DNA of 62,073 bases, counting the filler, from Choristocarpus tenellus KU-1152 (taxonomy: Eukaryota > Protista > Phaeophyceae), in NCBI GenBank assembly GCA_964200185.2. It is 11 parts of 11 records of this genome, joined end to end, with 100 filler letters (N's around TTAATTAATTAA, not from the genome) between each part and the next. Parts side by side here need not be neighbours in the genome. Positions count along the whole stretch, not along the records: positions 6,913 to 14,272 come from CAXNAD020006271.1; positions 14,373 to 17,657 come from CAXNAD020021041.1; positions 17,758 to 20,342 come from CAXNAD020026531.1; positions 20,443 to 23,947 come from CAXNAD020019574.1; positions 24,048 to 30,618 come from CAXNAD020007844.1; 6 more parts are not named here. One strand, 5' to 3'. Under the pieces are notes generated by a model. That model was not told the DNA's origin and made no database searches. It saw only the letters and a program-made list of their open reading frames with translations. The position numbers and the translations under genes were made by a program. This document shows, piece by piece, positions 12,501-24,072 of the stretch. Numbering within the stretch: position 1 is the stretch's first letter; every line of letters begins with the position of its first letter.

Positions 12501-13314
12501 TTTACATCCATCTATCTACATCTATCAATCTACATCTCTTTTTTTTGGGGTGTGTATGCGGGGCGTTCGATGTAAACGGCTCTATTGCCTGGCGTCTGAT
12601 TGGTCGAGGGCCGATGAGCTCTCTCTCTCTCCTTGGTTGCACGCGACCCACCTCTGTCACCGGTGTCAATACTCGAGAAACCCCCACCTGTGTAAGGCGT
12701 TTTTTGGTGTACACAAAGCGAGGCTCTGTCTGCATGCACCTACCTCTACCTCTACCTGCTGTTCGAATTTATTTATTTTTGTGTTTGTGTGTGTGTGTGT
12801 TTTTTCTTTTCCCCTTGGGGAGTGCGCCGCAACCAATTATAGAAAAAAATAATAATAATGGGACAAGACAAGCCGCCCTCGCAGCAGCCTTCTTTTTTTC
12901 TCGAATTGTTGATGGAATGAACAAAGCTGAAAAAGATGAAATGAAATGAAGTGAAATGGAATGAACAAAGCTGAAAAAAAAAATGAAATGAAATGAAATG
13001 TGGACTACGTCCTCATTATCTCCTGTGCAAATCCTTGCGCACGAATTCACGCCTCCCACTCAATCCCCCCACACACCGCCTTCAAGATCTATACAAAGAG
13101 ATTTAGCCCCCCGTCGGCCCCTGAGGCCCTCCTCTCCTGTTTGTCTTGTTTCTAAAATCAGGTTCCGTTTATATTTAAAGACCTGGTGGATACCCTCAGC
13201 GAGACGTCACAGGCAGCCGCAGCAGCCAGTGCTGTGGACCCAACCGTGGCAGTCCCTCTGGGGCTCATAATTGGGTATGGATTGGCAAGAAGTACTGCCG
13301 CCGGGGCTCAAGAG
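9575..13314 (+). CDS. ATM1: Mitochondrial ABC half-transporter ATM1/ABCB7 (Fe-S export), 5' partial, 4 exons
   Basis: Exons: 9575-9675 (MISPLARGG..., transit-peptide-like), 9813-10209 (...KRILRTLATHLWPSKELQ), 10490-10567 (ADHASIKVRVLGSLGLLVGAKVITIQ), 13162-13314 (VPFIFKDLVD...VPLGLIIGYGLARSTAAGAQE). All introns are GT-AG and phases match. Motifs match the first transmembrane helices of ATM/ABCB7. Confidence 0.93.
11347..11444 (+). ncRNA. Candidate intronic pre-miRNA hairpin
   Basis: GCGTTTTAGTCAACATCGA (11347-11365) pairs fully with TCGATGTTGACTAAAATGC (11424-11442), with one G-U. An inner stem CTGGTC/GGCCAG extends it. It lies in ATM1 intron 3. Confidence 0.5.
12456..12530. repeat. 27-bp tandem repeat, ~2.5 copies
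   Basis: ATCTATCTACACTATCAATTTACATCC repeated. Confidence 0.85.
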
Positions 13315-13326
13315 GTGGGAATTGGT

Positions 13327-13508
13327 TTTTGAATTTAAGTGGGCTTTTGAATTTAAGTGGGTTGTTGAATTTAAATGGTTTTTGAATTTAAGTGGGTTGT
13401 TGAATTTAAGTGGGTTGTTGAATTTAAATGGGTTGTTGAATTTAAATGGGTTTTTGAATTGAAGTGGGTTGTTGAATTTAAATAGGTTTTTGAATTTAAG
13501 TGGGTTTT
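13327..13508. repeat. 18-bp minisatellite, ~10 copies
   Basis: Units of TTGAATTTAARTGGGTTK start just after the donor site of ATM1 exon 4. Confidence 0.95.
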
Positions 13509-13741
13509 GCAGAGCAGTGTTCAATTGGAGTGTGACTTGTTGATGTTGTGCGAGTGCTCTGTTCTGTGTTGCCGGCAGGTTTTTGATGGCGTGTGAGTCA
13601 AGGGTGTTGGCTTTCGTGTGTGTGTGATTGATTGATTGATTGATTGAAAGGTCGTTTGTACCCTTGTTTTGACAGTAGTAGCGATGCAATGCGACACAGG
13701 AGATTTTTTTTTCTGGTCATGCTTGCATGTATTTTATTTAT

Positions 13742-13813
13742 GTGTACATACATATATACATACATACATACATACATACATACATACATACATACATACA
13801 TACATACATACAT
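13742..13813. repeat. (TACA)n microsatellite
   Basis: Read directly from the sequence. Confidence 0.95.
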
Positions 13814-14519
13814 CAAATAAATGAATGAATAAATAAAAAATGTGCAAGTTGTGCGATAGGAATGAAATAAATTAACGCCTTTACTGTTTTGAACAACATT
13901 GTTGTAGTACTGCAGGGGGCAAGTGGGGGATTCGAGACAGATTCCAGTGAAAAGAGGATTAGCAGTGTGTACGAGGGAGAGTGCAATGAACTCTACCGCA
14001 GACCTACCTCTACAGTGTACTATTGGAGGAGAGATCATTATTTTTGTGTTCCTTGCTCTCATTCTACTCTACCTGCAAGGGGGGAGGAAACGCTGCACAC
14101 CCTGTTGCAGTGGGGCAAGGGGGGGTTGAATGAAACGTTTTTGGGGCTGATCCAGTGAACCTCGTCGTGTGCCCCCCCCCCCACACATACGTAACTAACT
14201 CTCCTTCCACTGTTCTGCCACACCTCCAACCTTTTTTTTTTTTTTACCTTTCCTTCAAATTTTTTTTTTTTTNNNNNNNNNNNNNNNNNNNNNNNNNNNN
14301 NNNNNNNNNNNNNNNNTTAATTAATTAANNNNNNNNNNNNNNNNNNNNNNNNNNNNNNNNNNNNNNNNNNNNTTTGTGTTGTTTGTGTGTGTGTGTGTTT
14401 CTTTTTGTGTTGTGTTGGTTGTGTTGGTGTTGTGGTTGTCTGAGTGCGGGTCTGTTTTTTTTTCTGTTTATCCTCTTTTTTTTTTTTCATGCGTTATTTT
14501 TTTCTTTGTGGTTGTACCG

Positions 14520-14608
14520 TGTGTTACGTGTTGTGTGTTGTGTGTTGTGTGTTGTGTGTGTAGTGTGTAGTGTGTAGTGTGTAGTGTGTAGTGTGTAGTG
14601 TGTAGTGT
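14520..14608. repeat. (GTGTA)n / TG-rich microsatellite
   Basis: Read directly from the sequence. Confidence 0.9.
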
Positions 14609-15510
14609 AAGTTAAACTTAACGTACTGTTATTGCCGGTTCCGACTGAATGATAACTTGGAGCCTGAGTGAATGTTACCTACACCACACTGGTGTTTTGC
14701 TAGTACTTGGTGTGGCGTGGTGTGGTAGTGTAGATGGGAAAAGAGGCTGAAGTGTAGAGATGAGGACTGCCTGGAAAGGAAGAACTTTTGTCTTTTGTCT
14801 TTTGTCTGAATAATATGTCAAATGTCGTAACTCTGTTTTTACCTGTACTGGTACCCCCAAGGGTGTTGGCACTTGCTCATAGGGTTAGGGTTAGGATTGG
14901 GTTTGGGTTTGGGTTTGGGTTTGGGTTTGGGTTTGTTCTTTTAAAGTAAAGGAGTGAGACCATCTAAGGGGTTGGGGGGTGGGGTGGGGGGGGGGGTTCG
15001 ATTTGGGCACTTTTTGAGTTTGAATGAAAGTGCTTTTAAATAGAATCTTGTGCAATTTGCACCATGCTCATTCCTGAGATGCAGTCAACCTCCCTTACGA
15101 TGACATGGGCATATAAGAAGATCGTAGTGTATGACAGAGTATGAAGGCGTTGTCAGTCGAAATTACCCTCTACATTGCTGCTCAAACTTTAAAATACCAA
15201 GCAATGCAGTCGTAGTGGCCCTTAAGATGTAACGAAACCCCCTTCCTTAGGGGATGTCAGCACTTGAGGGTATGTCTACGTGGATAAGGGGAATTACAGG
15301 TATAACAGAGCTGAAGTGGATACTTTTTGGGGAGGCAGGCAGGGGAGGGGTGTGTGTATGTGTGTGGAGGTTTTTATCATTTTCATCTACTTGGAAGCAT
15401 TAAAAAAAATAAATCAAGTTGACTCTTTTAATGTACTGTTCAGGGATGATGCTTTGTTTCGAGAAAGGGTACTGAATCTTGGATTCACCTTTTCTTATCA
15501 ATTTTGGGGC

Positions 15511-15578
15511 TAGGGTTAGGGTTAGGGTTAGGGTTAGGGTTAGGGTAGGGTTAGGTTAGGGTAGGGTTAGGGTTAGGG
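15511..15578 (+). repeat. Interstitial telomeric-type (TTAGGG)n tract
   Basis: About 11 perfect or degenerate TTAGGG units. Shorter tracts occur at ~14880, 16148, 17062, 27517, 27949 (-), 45809 and 56676. Confidence 0.9.
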
Positions 15579-15878
15579 TGGAAGTAGTAAGATGGAGTGT
15601 TCAGGAGTAGGTTAGTCTGTTCTAGTGCGTAATAGAGTGGTGAAACTAATAAAATTTTGTTTTATGCCAAGGGTTTTGATAGAAAACGCCTCCTTGTATA
15701 GAGATCCTCTCCGCTTCCCCTCCCTCTTACCCCTTTGGCGTGATGTTTTTTTGGTATTGTTGATATGATGATATTTGATATGATGGTGTTTGATATGATG
15801 GTGTTTGATCTTTGCATTGGGTTTTCTAAGTTTTTTTTTCTGAGTCAAGAATGATGTATTTTGTGTTGCCATGTGTAT

Positions 15879-15917
<39 letters not shown>

Positions 15918-15924
15918 TTTGTAG

Positions 15925-16021
15925 GTGAAGGTTCCCATTGGTCAGAGAGCTGATGCGATGAGAATGCTCTCCTCTGAAGACTTTGCTTTGATCAAGAAAC
16001 TCAAGTCTCAAGCTGCAGAAG
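15925..16021 (+). CDS. Internal exon, probably SDA1 (60S biogenesis) C-terminal region
   Basis: ttgtag|VKVPIGQRADAMRMLSSEDFALIKKLKSQAAE|gtgacc resembles the SDA1 'RxLTxEDFxxIKKL' motif. Only one exon was found. Confidence 0.5.
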
Positions 16022-16754
16022 GTGACCTGTTCATTATGTGTGCAGTATGTGTATATATGGTTGGGGTTAGATCAGTTTGAGGGACATTCAAGTTAAGGTG
16101 TGGCTGATTGTAAAACACACAAGGTATGGTAAGGTATACACTGAACCAGGGTTAGGGTTAGGGTTAGGGTTGGGTAAAGTTTGTTTTATTGTTGTATGGC
16201 TACTGCAGTGTTGTCCCGGACGAGATGTTTTTAGGTTAGAAATAAAAATAAAAGGGAACAATGGATGGTGAGATGGTTTTGAAAAATATGAAACTTTTTG
16301 CTTATTTATTTTTTTCCTTTTTTTTTAACGATTGGTGAAAAAAAAAAAGTTTAAACGTTTGCTTTATTCTATTTTCCGTTTTTAGTTATTTTAATTTATT
16401 GTCTCTTCGTATATGCGTATTTGTGAGGAATGCGATTTCAAACATTGAAGGAGAAACGTATCCGAGTTGCAAAGTTTAGATTCTACCTAGCTCTCGTGGA
16501 GTGCTACCTAGTGGTTAGAGTGTTCTGTAGCGGTGATGGTGGCATTGAAGTTTAAATCATCATTTCTAAGACATAATTACTATGTTTCTAGGTTTGTTTA
16601 AAATAAAAAATGTAAGCACTTGAACAGGTAGTATCTCGCCACAGTGCGTTTAAGTCCTTTTTTTAATACTTTTTTCTCAGGTAGTATTTTTTATTTTTGT
16701 ACTAGTGTGTGTATGTTTTTCCATGGTTTTAATGTTTTTATATTTTGTAGTAGC

Positions 16755-16893
16755 GTGTATGTATTGTGTTGTGTGTATGTTTTGTGTTGTATGTATTGTG
16801 TTGTGTGTATGTTTTGTGTTGTGTGTATATGTTGTGTGTATGTTTTGTGTTGTGTGTATATGTTGTGTGTATATGTTGTGTGTATGTATTGTG
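16755..16893. repeat. TG-rich compound minisatellite
   Basis: Repeats of TTGTGTTGTGTGTATGT-like units. Confidence 0.85.
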
Positions 16894-17878
16894 TGGCACT
16901 ATTGCCGTGGTGAATGGACTCGTCGAGGATCATGTTCAAGGTCTTTCAGGGCACTGGACCTATTCAATGTGATGCCGTGGGAGTCATCGCTCTTGGTGCT
17001 ATTGCTTACTCTTTTATCAATTTTTATTATTTTATTGTTGCTGTGATTGTATCAAATTTTTGTTAGGGTTAGGGTTGGGTATTGAATATTATTATTTTTA
17101 TTGTTACTAGTAGTGTTAGGGTTATGGTTATGGTTATGGTTGGGTATCTTAAAGTGGTGGCGTTTGTTGCTTGGTGTGTGACAATCATGGTCTGTTTTGT
17201 AGTGGCACAAGGAAGTTGTAGGCATAGGATGAGGTCCGGTTTGCATGGTGCCTCTCATGTTTACACTACTGCTTGAATGATGCACTTAGTGAGTCTGATT
17301 GTCTGTGGGGTGAACCATGGCGTTGCTTTTGCTTTCCCCCCAGAAGAGTGACTAGCGATAACACGGAGTTCGATTGGCAGGATGGCGTCTGGTTTCACCG
17401 CTACAAGTGTACAACAATATAGTGTGTGGAGGTATAACTTAAGAAAGATTAGGATTGCTAAATTGCTCTTGCCATTGTGCTTTGGTTAAAGATTAGGAAT
17501 GTTTTGGTACAGAACCAAAAAAAAAGCTGGCACGACGGGCTTGTTGTAAGTGGGGGAGGTCCTGTGGTGGTTGTCTTGAAATGTTTTTTTTTATTATAGT
17601 GGACTACTGCACACCTTTTTTTTTTATTCTTGCAAAGATCTTGTCAACTTGTGCCCCNNNNNNNNNNNNNNNNNNNNNNNNNNNNNNNNNNNNNNNNNNN
17701 NTTAATTAATTAANNNNNNNNNNNNNNNNNNNNNNNNNNNNNNNNNNNNNNNNNNNNATCGATGACAGTAGATAGAAGAATATAGCATCAGTTGACATTC
17801 AGTTGATCCACATCACACACAGGAACATCATAGCACATGTCATCTAAGTTACTTCGGAACTTACATCAAGTACGTCTC

Positions 17879-18023
17879 AATGTATACATTATGAAAAGGT
17901 GTATCCAGAACAAGGATATTGATACTTCCGAACAAACACGATAGCCAAAATTACACCAAAATCGCAACATGGGGTTTTGACCCCCAAACGGACGCGGCTC
18001 TACCCTCTAAGGTACTTTGACTC
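17879..18023 (+). mobile_element. MITE family B, right half
   Basis: Collinear with 49830-49974 (TATACATTATGAAAAGGTGT...AACAAACACGATAGCCAAAATTACA...CCTCTAAGGTACTTTGACTC). Confidence 0.85.
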
Positions 18024-18342
18024 TCTGAAGAGGAGGGTTTGGGCTGACCATTATGGCACCGTTGATGAACTTGTAGAAGGGAATTCAAGTATGTTACATG
18101 TGTATGACGTAGAAACGGTTGAGAGGGTGTGGCAGAGTCTGTTTAAGGGGTAAGGTCAGGTGTTAAAGGTGCTGGGGGGGAATGATTTCGAGGTAGAGCA
18201 CACAGGGACCAAAAAAAGGCAGCGGGAGGGTGGGATGGCTAGATACGTCAAAGTAGACCAAGCAGCCTCCGCAGCGACCCTTGATTTTTTCGTTGACCGT
18301 GTTGAATAAAAGGAATCAAACCCTAAGGTCTGTTTTGTAATT

Positions 18343-18398
18343 GGAGGTCATCCCGAAGAGCTACAATGTAACGGTCCAGACCTATGGGACAGAGGGAG
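18343..18398 (+). mobile_element. Stowaway-like MITE, right end
   Basis: GGAGGTCATCCCGAAGAG...GGGACAGAGGGAG followed by TA; homologous to the right end of 25488-25844. Confidence 0.7.
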
Positions 18399-20291
18399 TA
18401 GATCATTCGCTAATACCCCACTTCCCCCCCTCCTGTTTGTGTGGCTGATGAGCCACCCTGGTGACATTCTGCTGGTCTGGGACGACTGACTTAATACACC
18501 GCTTGAACATCTTCACCTCCTTATGCTTCCACAAATTCCACAATGAGGCAAGGGCGACCCCAGCTTTGACTGTCCATTTGTGGAAGGATGTGTGGTGTAC
18601 AGTACAGATGGGATGTCATCATGTAAGAACCATGAATTTACCTCGTGTGATCTGGCTGTCATAGTCCTTCAGATGATGGAACACGGTGATTTGTGAAATT
18701 CTAAAGTCCTCTAAGAATGCCACCGCCATACCCTGAGGCATTCGAGTCTCGCGGCTTCTCATGTCCAGGCATTGCACCACCACATTATTCTTCATCGGGG
18801 TGTTTGGGTCTGGGGCCCGAACAGACTTCTGGGTCGAAGAATCGGGACTAACAGGCGACAACGGGATGAAGGAGCCGCTCAAGCAATTAGACGCCTTGAT
18901 CCTAGGCATTCCAATAAATGACTGCTTTGACAATTTCATTAAGTTTTTGAACCCCGTCAAATGCAACTTGGCTGACTTTACACTTATGATCCTCCGCAGT
19001 CATGACAGTCCACCATCTCCACCTTCCAGGCCTCCCAATCTATATGAGAACTAAGCCTCGTCCAGAGGTTTTTTTTATCACATGGGTCATTCCCGGGTGA
19101 GAAGAGAGCTTACAAACGTACGCTACGTTCCATTCTGAAGGTAGAAAGTATGGAACTTCATCAATCAGCTCCGTCGAAGGATTTTCTTCAATGAATCTTC
19201 AACCCATGTCTACAGCTTTCAAAACGAATAGATTGTTGTTCACTGCAAGTGTTTGGGTCTTATTTTACACAAATGTTACGGTACATTTCGCTCGTAATTG
19301 GTTCAACAACTCATCACAAAGTATCTTTGTGGAAACGAAATTTGATGACACATGCAACTCAAAATAAGAACGGAGCACACATAGATGCATTGTTTCGCTG
19401 CAACGTAGGATATTTGTTGCAAGTGGGTAGCGAGGACTTCGTGGCATGCTAACTTGTCCCTCTTGTCGTACGATCTCAGCAGACGCTTCCTCGCCTCAGC
19501 CTTCCTACACTTCTTGGCAAGCTGAACCAACCGTTGGTGGTTGAAAGCATGGTCACAGTTGGTACAAAGTTGTGCCAAGATCAGCAATCGCAAGAATGAG
19601 GGGGTAGCGATAACAATGAAAAACGACACTTGTGCCAATGTTATGTTCTATGCATCATGTGGTGCCAGATGGATAAGCTTCTTGTCATTCAACCTTTTCA
19701 TATTACTTCCCAATGCATAATTAAGACCATATCTCAACAAATTACCTTTTGATACATATTGGCATCACTCGAGAAAAAGGCATCAGGAACAAAAACGCAG
19801 GAAATATTTTGCAGGCAAAAGGAACATGTTAGACATAACCACTTTTGCTCTGCTTGATGCCTTAGGCAATCCCTCCAAGACTTGTGCAAGAGTAGCGAAT
19901 ATCGGTGCCGTTGAAGAGTGAATGGATCAAGCTCTGCTCTGCACCCATATTACATAGTTCATTCACTGAGCTCTTTCTTTGGCAGGTAACTAAGACACTC
20001 ACCGAGCATGACCCACACCAGCTCAGCTGAGAGTTTGGTTGCACTTACATTATCACTAGCCCCAGCGGTACCAACTCGGACAAGTGTATCAAAGTTTACA
20101 CAGAATGCTCAAACATTGAACAGTACATAGGTGATCCTAGCCTTCACTCACACCCAGCTCTACCCCTCACGCTCAGCCCCAACCACAAGAACTCCAAGAG
20201 TAGCCCTGTCACTGAATTGAAGCCTCTTCGCAATCGCATCAGAATTGATTACCATGCATATGCTTAGTGTATGTCGTAACTTGCCATTGCT

Positions 20292-20342
20292 GACCCAAAG
20301 TATCTGGGGGAGGGGGGGGGGTCTACACCAGAGTGTCCATTT
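20292..20342 (-). mobile_element. MITE family A, partial at contig end
   Basis: GACCCAAAGTATCTG-G(n)-TCTACACCAGAGTGTCCATTT. Confidence 0.85.
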
Positions 20343-20580
20343 NNNNNNNNNNNNNNNNNNNNNNNNNNNNNNNNNNNNNNNNNNNNTTAATTAATTAANN
20401 NNNNNNNNNNNNNNNNNNNNNNNNNNNNNNNNNNNNNNNNNNCGCAATAAATAAATGAACACTAACAACCAGTGCAGTGCACCAATAAACAGTCAGTACA
20501 AGCTGGTAGTGTGTGTATCATATCAACAAGAAACAAATGAGTAGCCTATGTTTTAACATGCTGGAGCACCATCCAGCTCA

Positions 20581-20761
20581 GGCTCCAAGTATCTGGGAGG
20601 GGGTGGCGGCTGTCCACTTGGGGCCAATTTTTTCATCTTGCGATTTTTGGGTGACTTGGTTGTGCACGTCAGATTGGATGATGCAAGTGAACGTTTCCTT
20701 GTTATGAACCAAATGGACACCCTGATGCAGACCTCACCCCCCCCCCCAGATACTTTGGTTC
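20581..20761 (+). mobile_element. MITE family A, full-length copy
   Basis: GGCTCCAAGTATCTG...CAGATACTTTGGTTC flanked by TCA/TCA. Confidence 0.9.
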
Positions 20762-20799
20762 TCAGCCTCTGCTCCTTAACGAGAAAACCATCTCCACCT

Positions 20800-23009
20800 C
20801 GATATGGCTTTTGTGGAGATCCAAGCGGACTGCCAGGTACTAGGAAAAAGTTGTTCGACGACAACATTGCTGTCACTACAACTCAAGTCCGGATTCACCA
20901 TGAAGGGATCTCTTGGCCCTCGTGGTTTTAACCTCAAGACCTTTGGAATGCTTCAGGATTATGGGCACACAGGCAGAGCAATTTCTGGACAAACTGCAGT
21001 AAGCCCGTGTGTAAGACGGATTGAGTCTTATCTCTGCTAAAGTGACAGTTTCAAAATTTGTCAAGGAATCCAACCTGGATTCACCTAGGCAGCGGGAAAG
21101 GTGACGCTTGACTAGCTGGTGAAATTCTATCTGCAATATTTCAGGAATTTGTTTTATTTACAGTAGGCACAATGCTTGACAACACTATTGAGAGGTCTTC
21201 ATTCCAGATCCTACCTTCGCAGCATATTACAAACAGTGCAAACTCTTGGGGGAGATTTTGACGTTTTGTCCTAAAAAGGTGGAGTTGTTTACTTGTCATG
21301 CAAACAGGCAAGGCTTCGCATTGTTTCAGTTCCATCCCCCAACATGCACCAAACGTTATTATTCCCACAAATATTTTGTAGAAATTGGAGAGGGATGAAT
21401 GACCATCGACACAAAGGTTGGTCCTTGCTATCCAAGCACGACTCTGGACTCCAACTGCCTGTTGTAAAACAAGCAGCCCCTGGCTAGACATTTGAACCCC
21501 ATGCTTGAATAGGTAGCGAAGACTGGAGTTTGAGATATCTAGAACAAATCAAATTTGTCATGGGACTGCGAATACAGCACGTGGAACCCTGTCTTTACCC
21601 CGATGTAACAATAGGTCCTCAGTGAGGTAGCTTCTCTTCTAGCAAGCATCACTTACCGATGTCTTGTGCACCAAGAAGTTGATTGCGGAGGCCTTCAATG
21701 CTGCACACTCCAACTCGACCATTGAGGAGTTACATTTCAGACCGTGACAGGTTTGGATGCTGATACCAGGGGGGAAATAAATTGAAGGTGCACATTCGAC
21801 TCTTTTTCTACTATTATCTGTCAAGTGTACACCGGTTCTCTGAGGTTCAGGATCAATGCAAGGGTGAATAGGTGACACTATTGTCTCAGGAAGCGCAATG
21901 GTCAAGCACGTTAGTTAGCATGGGCCAGGATAGAGAGACCATTCAGCAAAGAAGAAGAAAAAACCTATGGAGTCCCCAAAGCATGAGTTGTCTTGCAAAC
22001 CTCCTCGAAATTTGCAGGAGTAGAGGGATAACGATGCATTCATTGACTGGATATAAAGTTGTAGCCTGCAAGGACACTACGGAATTACCCAACCCAAACG
22101 AAGACTAAAGAGCTGCTATTGACAACGGCTTTCAGAGGGTAAGACACTTCATGGATGCAGATGGTGCAAATAAAAGAAGCGATATGCCTGAACTTTAGCT
22201 ACATTCACGTGTGTTGCCACCACTGCAACCCTGAGGACATCAAGGACTCTCCTATCTTGCACCTCTGTACAATTTTACATGCAAGGTGTTCTCAATTGAC
22301 GAGTACGTGTAGCGTAAACACATACATCGGCCCTTCCCTTGTCTTGCGGCGTGACAAGGCGCCCGCCACGACTACCACGCGCACGGGCAGGTATCAAGGC
22401 ACATATCACCAAAACCGCGAGCAATGGAAACCGATACAAACTCGGGAAATCCCATTCTCAACGCAATACCCGCACCTTGAAACCCCGAACATGTGATAAC
22501 CATGACACCAATTCACCCGGTTCTAACTAGAAATCACCTCCCAGCATAATACAAGTATACACACGCCAGGCAACAAAAAGAGCCGTAAAGTTTACTCCAA
22601 CAACACTCCCCACCCACCCCGATTGCAGCCTAGCTCGATATATTTACTGCATTTCCCGAAGCAAACGTGCACTAACAATAGACCACAAGTAGCAAGACCG
22701 GCAGTCGGTCATATCGTGACCCACTTGACTGCGATGAACCCTGACAATATCCAGAACTTTGCGTGTCGATTCGCAAACTTTCAGACCGCAGCCTAAACCT
22801 TTGTTGGGGCAACGAGACACATGCTTCATCCCTACACAGACGGCTTCTATCTGCTTCGTCGTGAAAACTACCCGCCCAAGTACACTCTTGCCAACTGCTT
22901 CTCTTTCCGTCACGCGTTCCTTTCCTCCATCACCATGAATCCTGCACCGAGCAACCCTGACACTGGCCCTACTGCCTGATCGCCTCAGCCGTGGCTTGAT
23001 CTTCGCCAT
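20800..23009 (-). mobile_element. Degenerate Ty3/Gypsy gag-pol remnant
   Basis: Frameshifted motifs occur in Gypsy order: protease-like 'LKAVVNSSS' (~22120), then RT-like 'IGVKTGFHVL...QTPVFATYSSMGF' (~21600-21500). Confidence 0.45.
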
Positions 23010-23571
23010 GGTGCTATCGGTTGATTGCTATGTGCACTAGGAATCCCAATGTTGACCCTCCCTGTCCAAATAGAAACTTCAGATCGCCTCCTGCCTTTCG
23101 ACAACCACCAGCACGCTCTATGGGTTCATCATGATGAAAAGTGTCAAGTGTCAGCATATGACCTTGTACTTTCCAAGAGTCCTCAAAAGAAAAGTATTTA
23201 CGAAAATCTCACTTACGTATATTTCACCTATCAGATCAATAGGCGACCGTTCCGATTGGTTCTCCTCTCATACCACTGTATACTCAATGTAACACTACAA
23301 CGGGGTGTCAACCTCCACAAAGACAGGGTCAATCATAGTCTAGGTCTGAAGGTTCCAATCATGGAGTTCTAAGTGAAGATCGTCTAATGCCCAAGGCTCT
23401 GTCTCTACCCAATCTCCATTGCTCTTGTGAACATGAGCTTGTTTGAACCGAACAATTTAAATTATTGTAAGGGTTTCGAAGGAGACCCAGGTTCAAGAGG
23501 TTTGGGGTAGAAGCACTGACATCCTGATTCACTTGGTAAGAAGAGGTGACAATCCCAAAGTGGATAGAATA

Positions 23572-23947
23572 ATGGACGACGGATTTATGGATGCGTTCCC
23601 TCACGGGCCAATGTCAGCCTCCGGATGGGTAGAAGACGCAGGCGTAGAAGGGGCCCTGCAAGACTGGGGGGGAGGATTGGAGGCATCCCCTGGATTTATG
23701 GACGATGTATGCAAGGATCAGCAGTTGGACGCCATGTGCAGCGACAAAATTGAGGTCTTCTTCCAAAATTGGACTACTATCATCTCTGCCGAAGATGGGG
23801 GACATGAACTGCATGGCGAAGGCGGGGGGATAGATGCCAGCAACTTTGAGGTGGAGATGTCTCCAGATGATCTGGCTGTCATGCATGAACCCCTCCCCAA
23901 CCCGAGTATGGAACTTAGAGATTTGGACCCTGATGTGTGTGAAGCAC
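23572..23947 (+). CDS. Hypothetical acidic protein, N-terminal exon truncated by the contig end
   Basis: Open GC-rich frame MDDGFMDAFPHG...RDLDPDVCEA with a coherent D/E-rich composition. Confidence 0.45.
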
Positions 23948-24072
23948 NNNNNNNNNNNNNNNNNNNNNNNNNNNNNNNNNNNNNNNNNNNNTTAATTAAT
24001 TAANNNNNNNNNNNNNNNNNNNNNNNNNNNNNNNNNNNNNNNNNNNNCCCCCCCCCGAAACCTCAAACTCAC

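Noticed and set aside
13207-13689. 160-aa ORF with FKFNNP repeats; CRISPR-like periodicity
   Set aside because: A translation of an intronic 18-bp minisatellite. There are no unique spacers and no cas genes.
16644-17046. Cys/Val-rich ORFs, also at 14374-14577
   Set aside because: Translations of TG microsatellites.
18460-19700. Broken minus-strand ORFs
   Set aside because: They look like decayed coding or transposon sequence, but no diagnostic motif supports a call.
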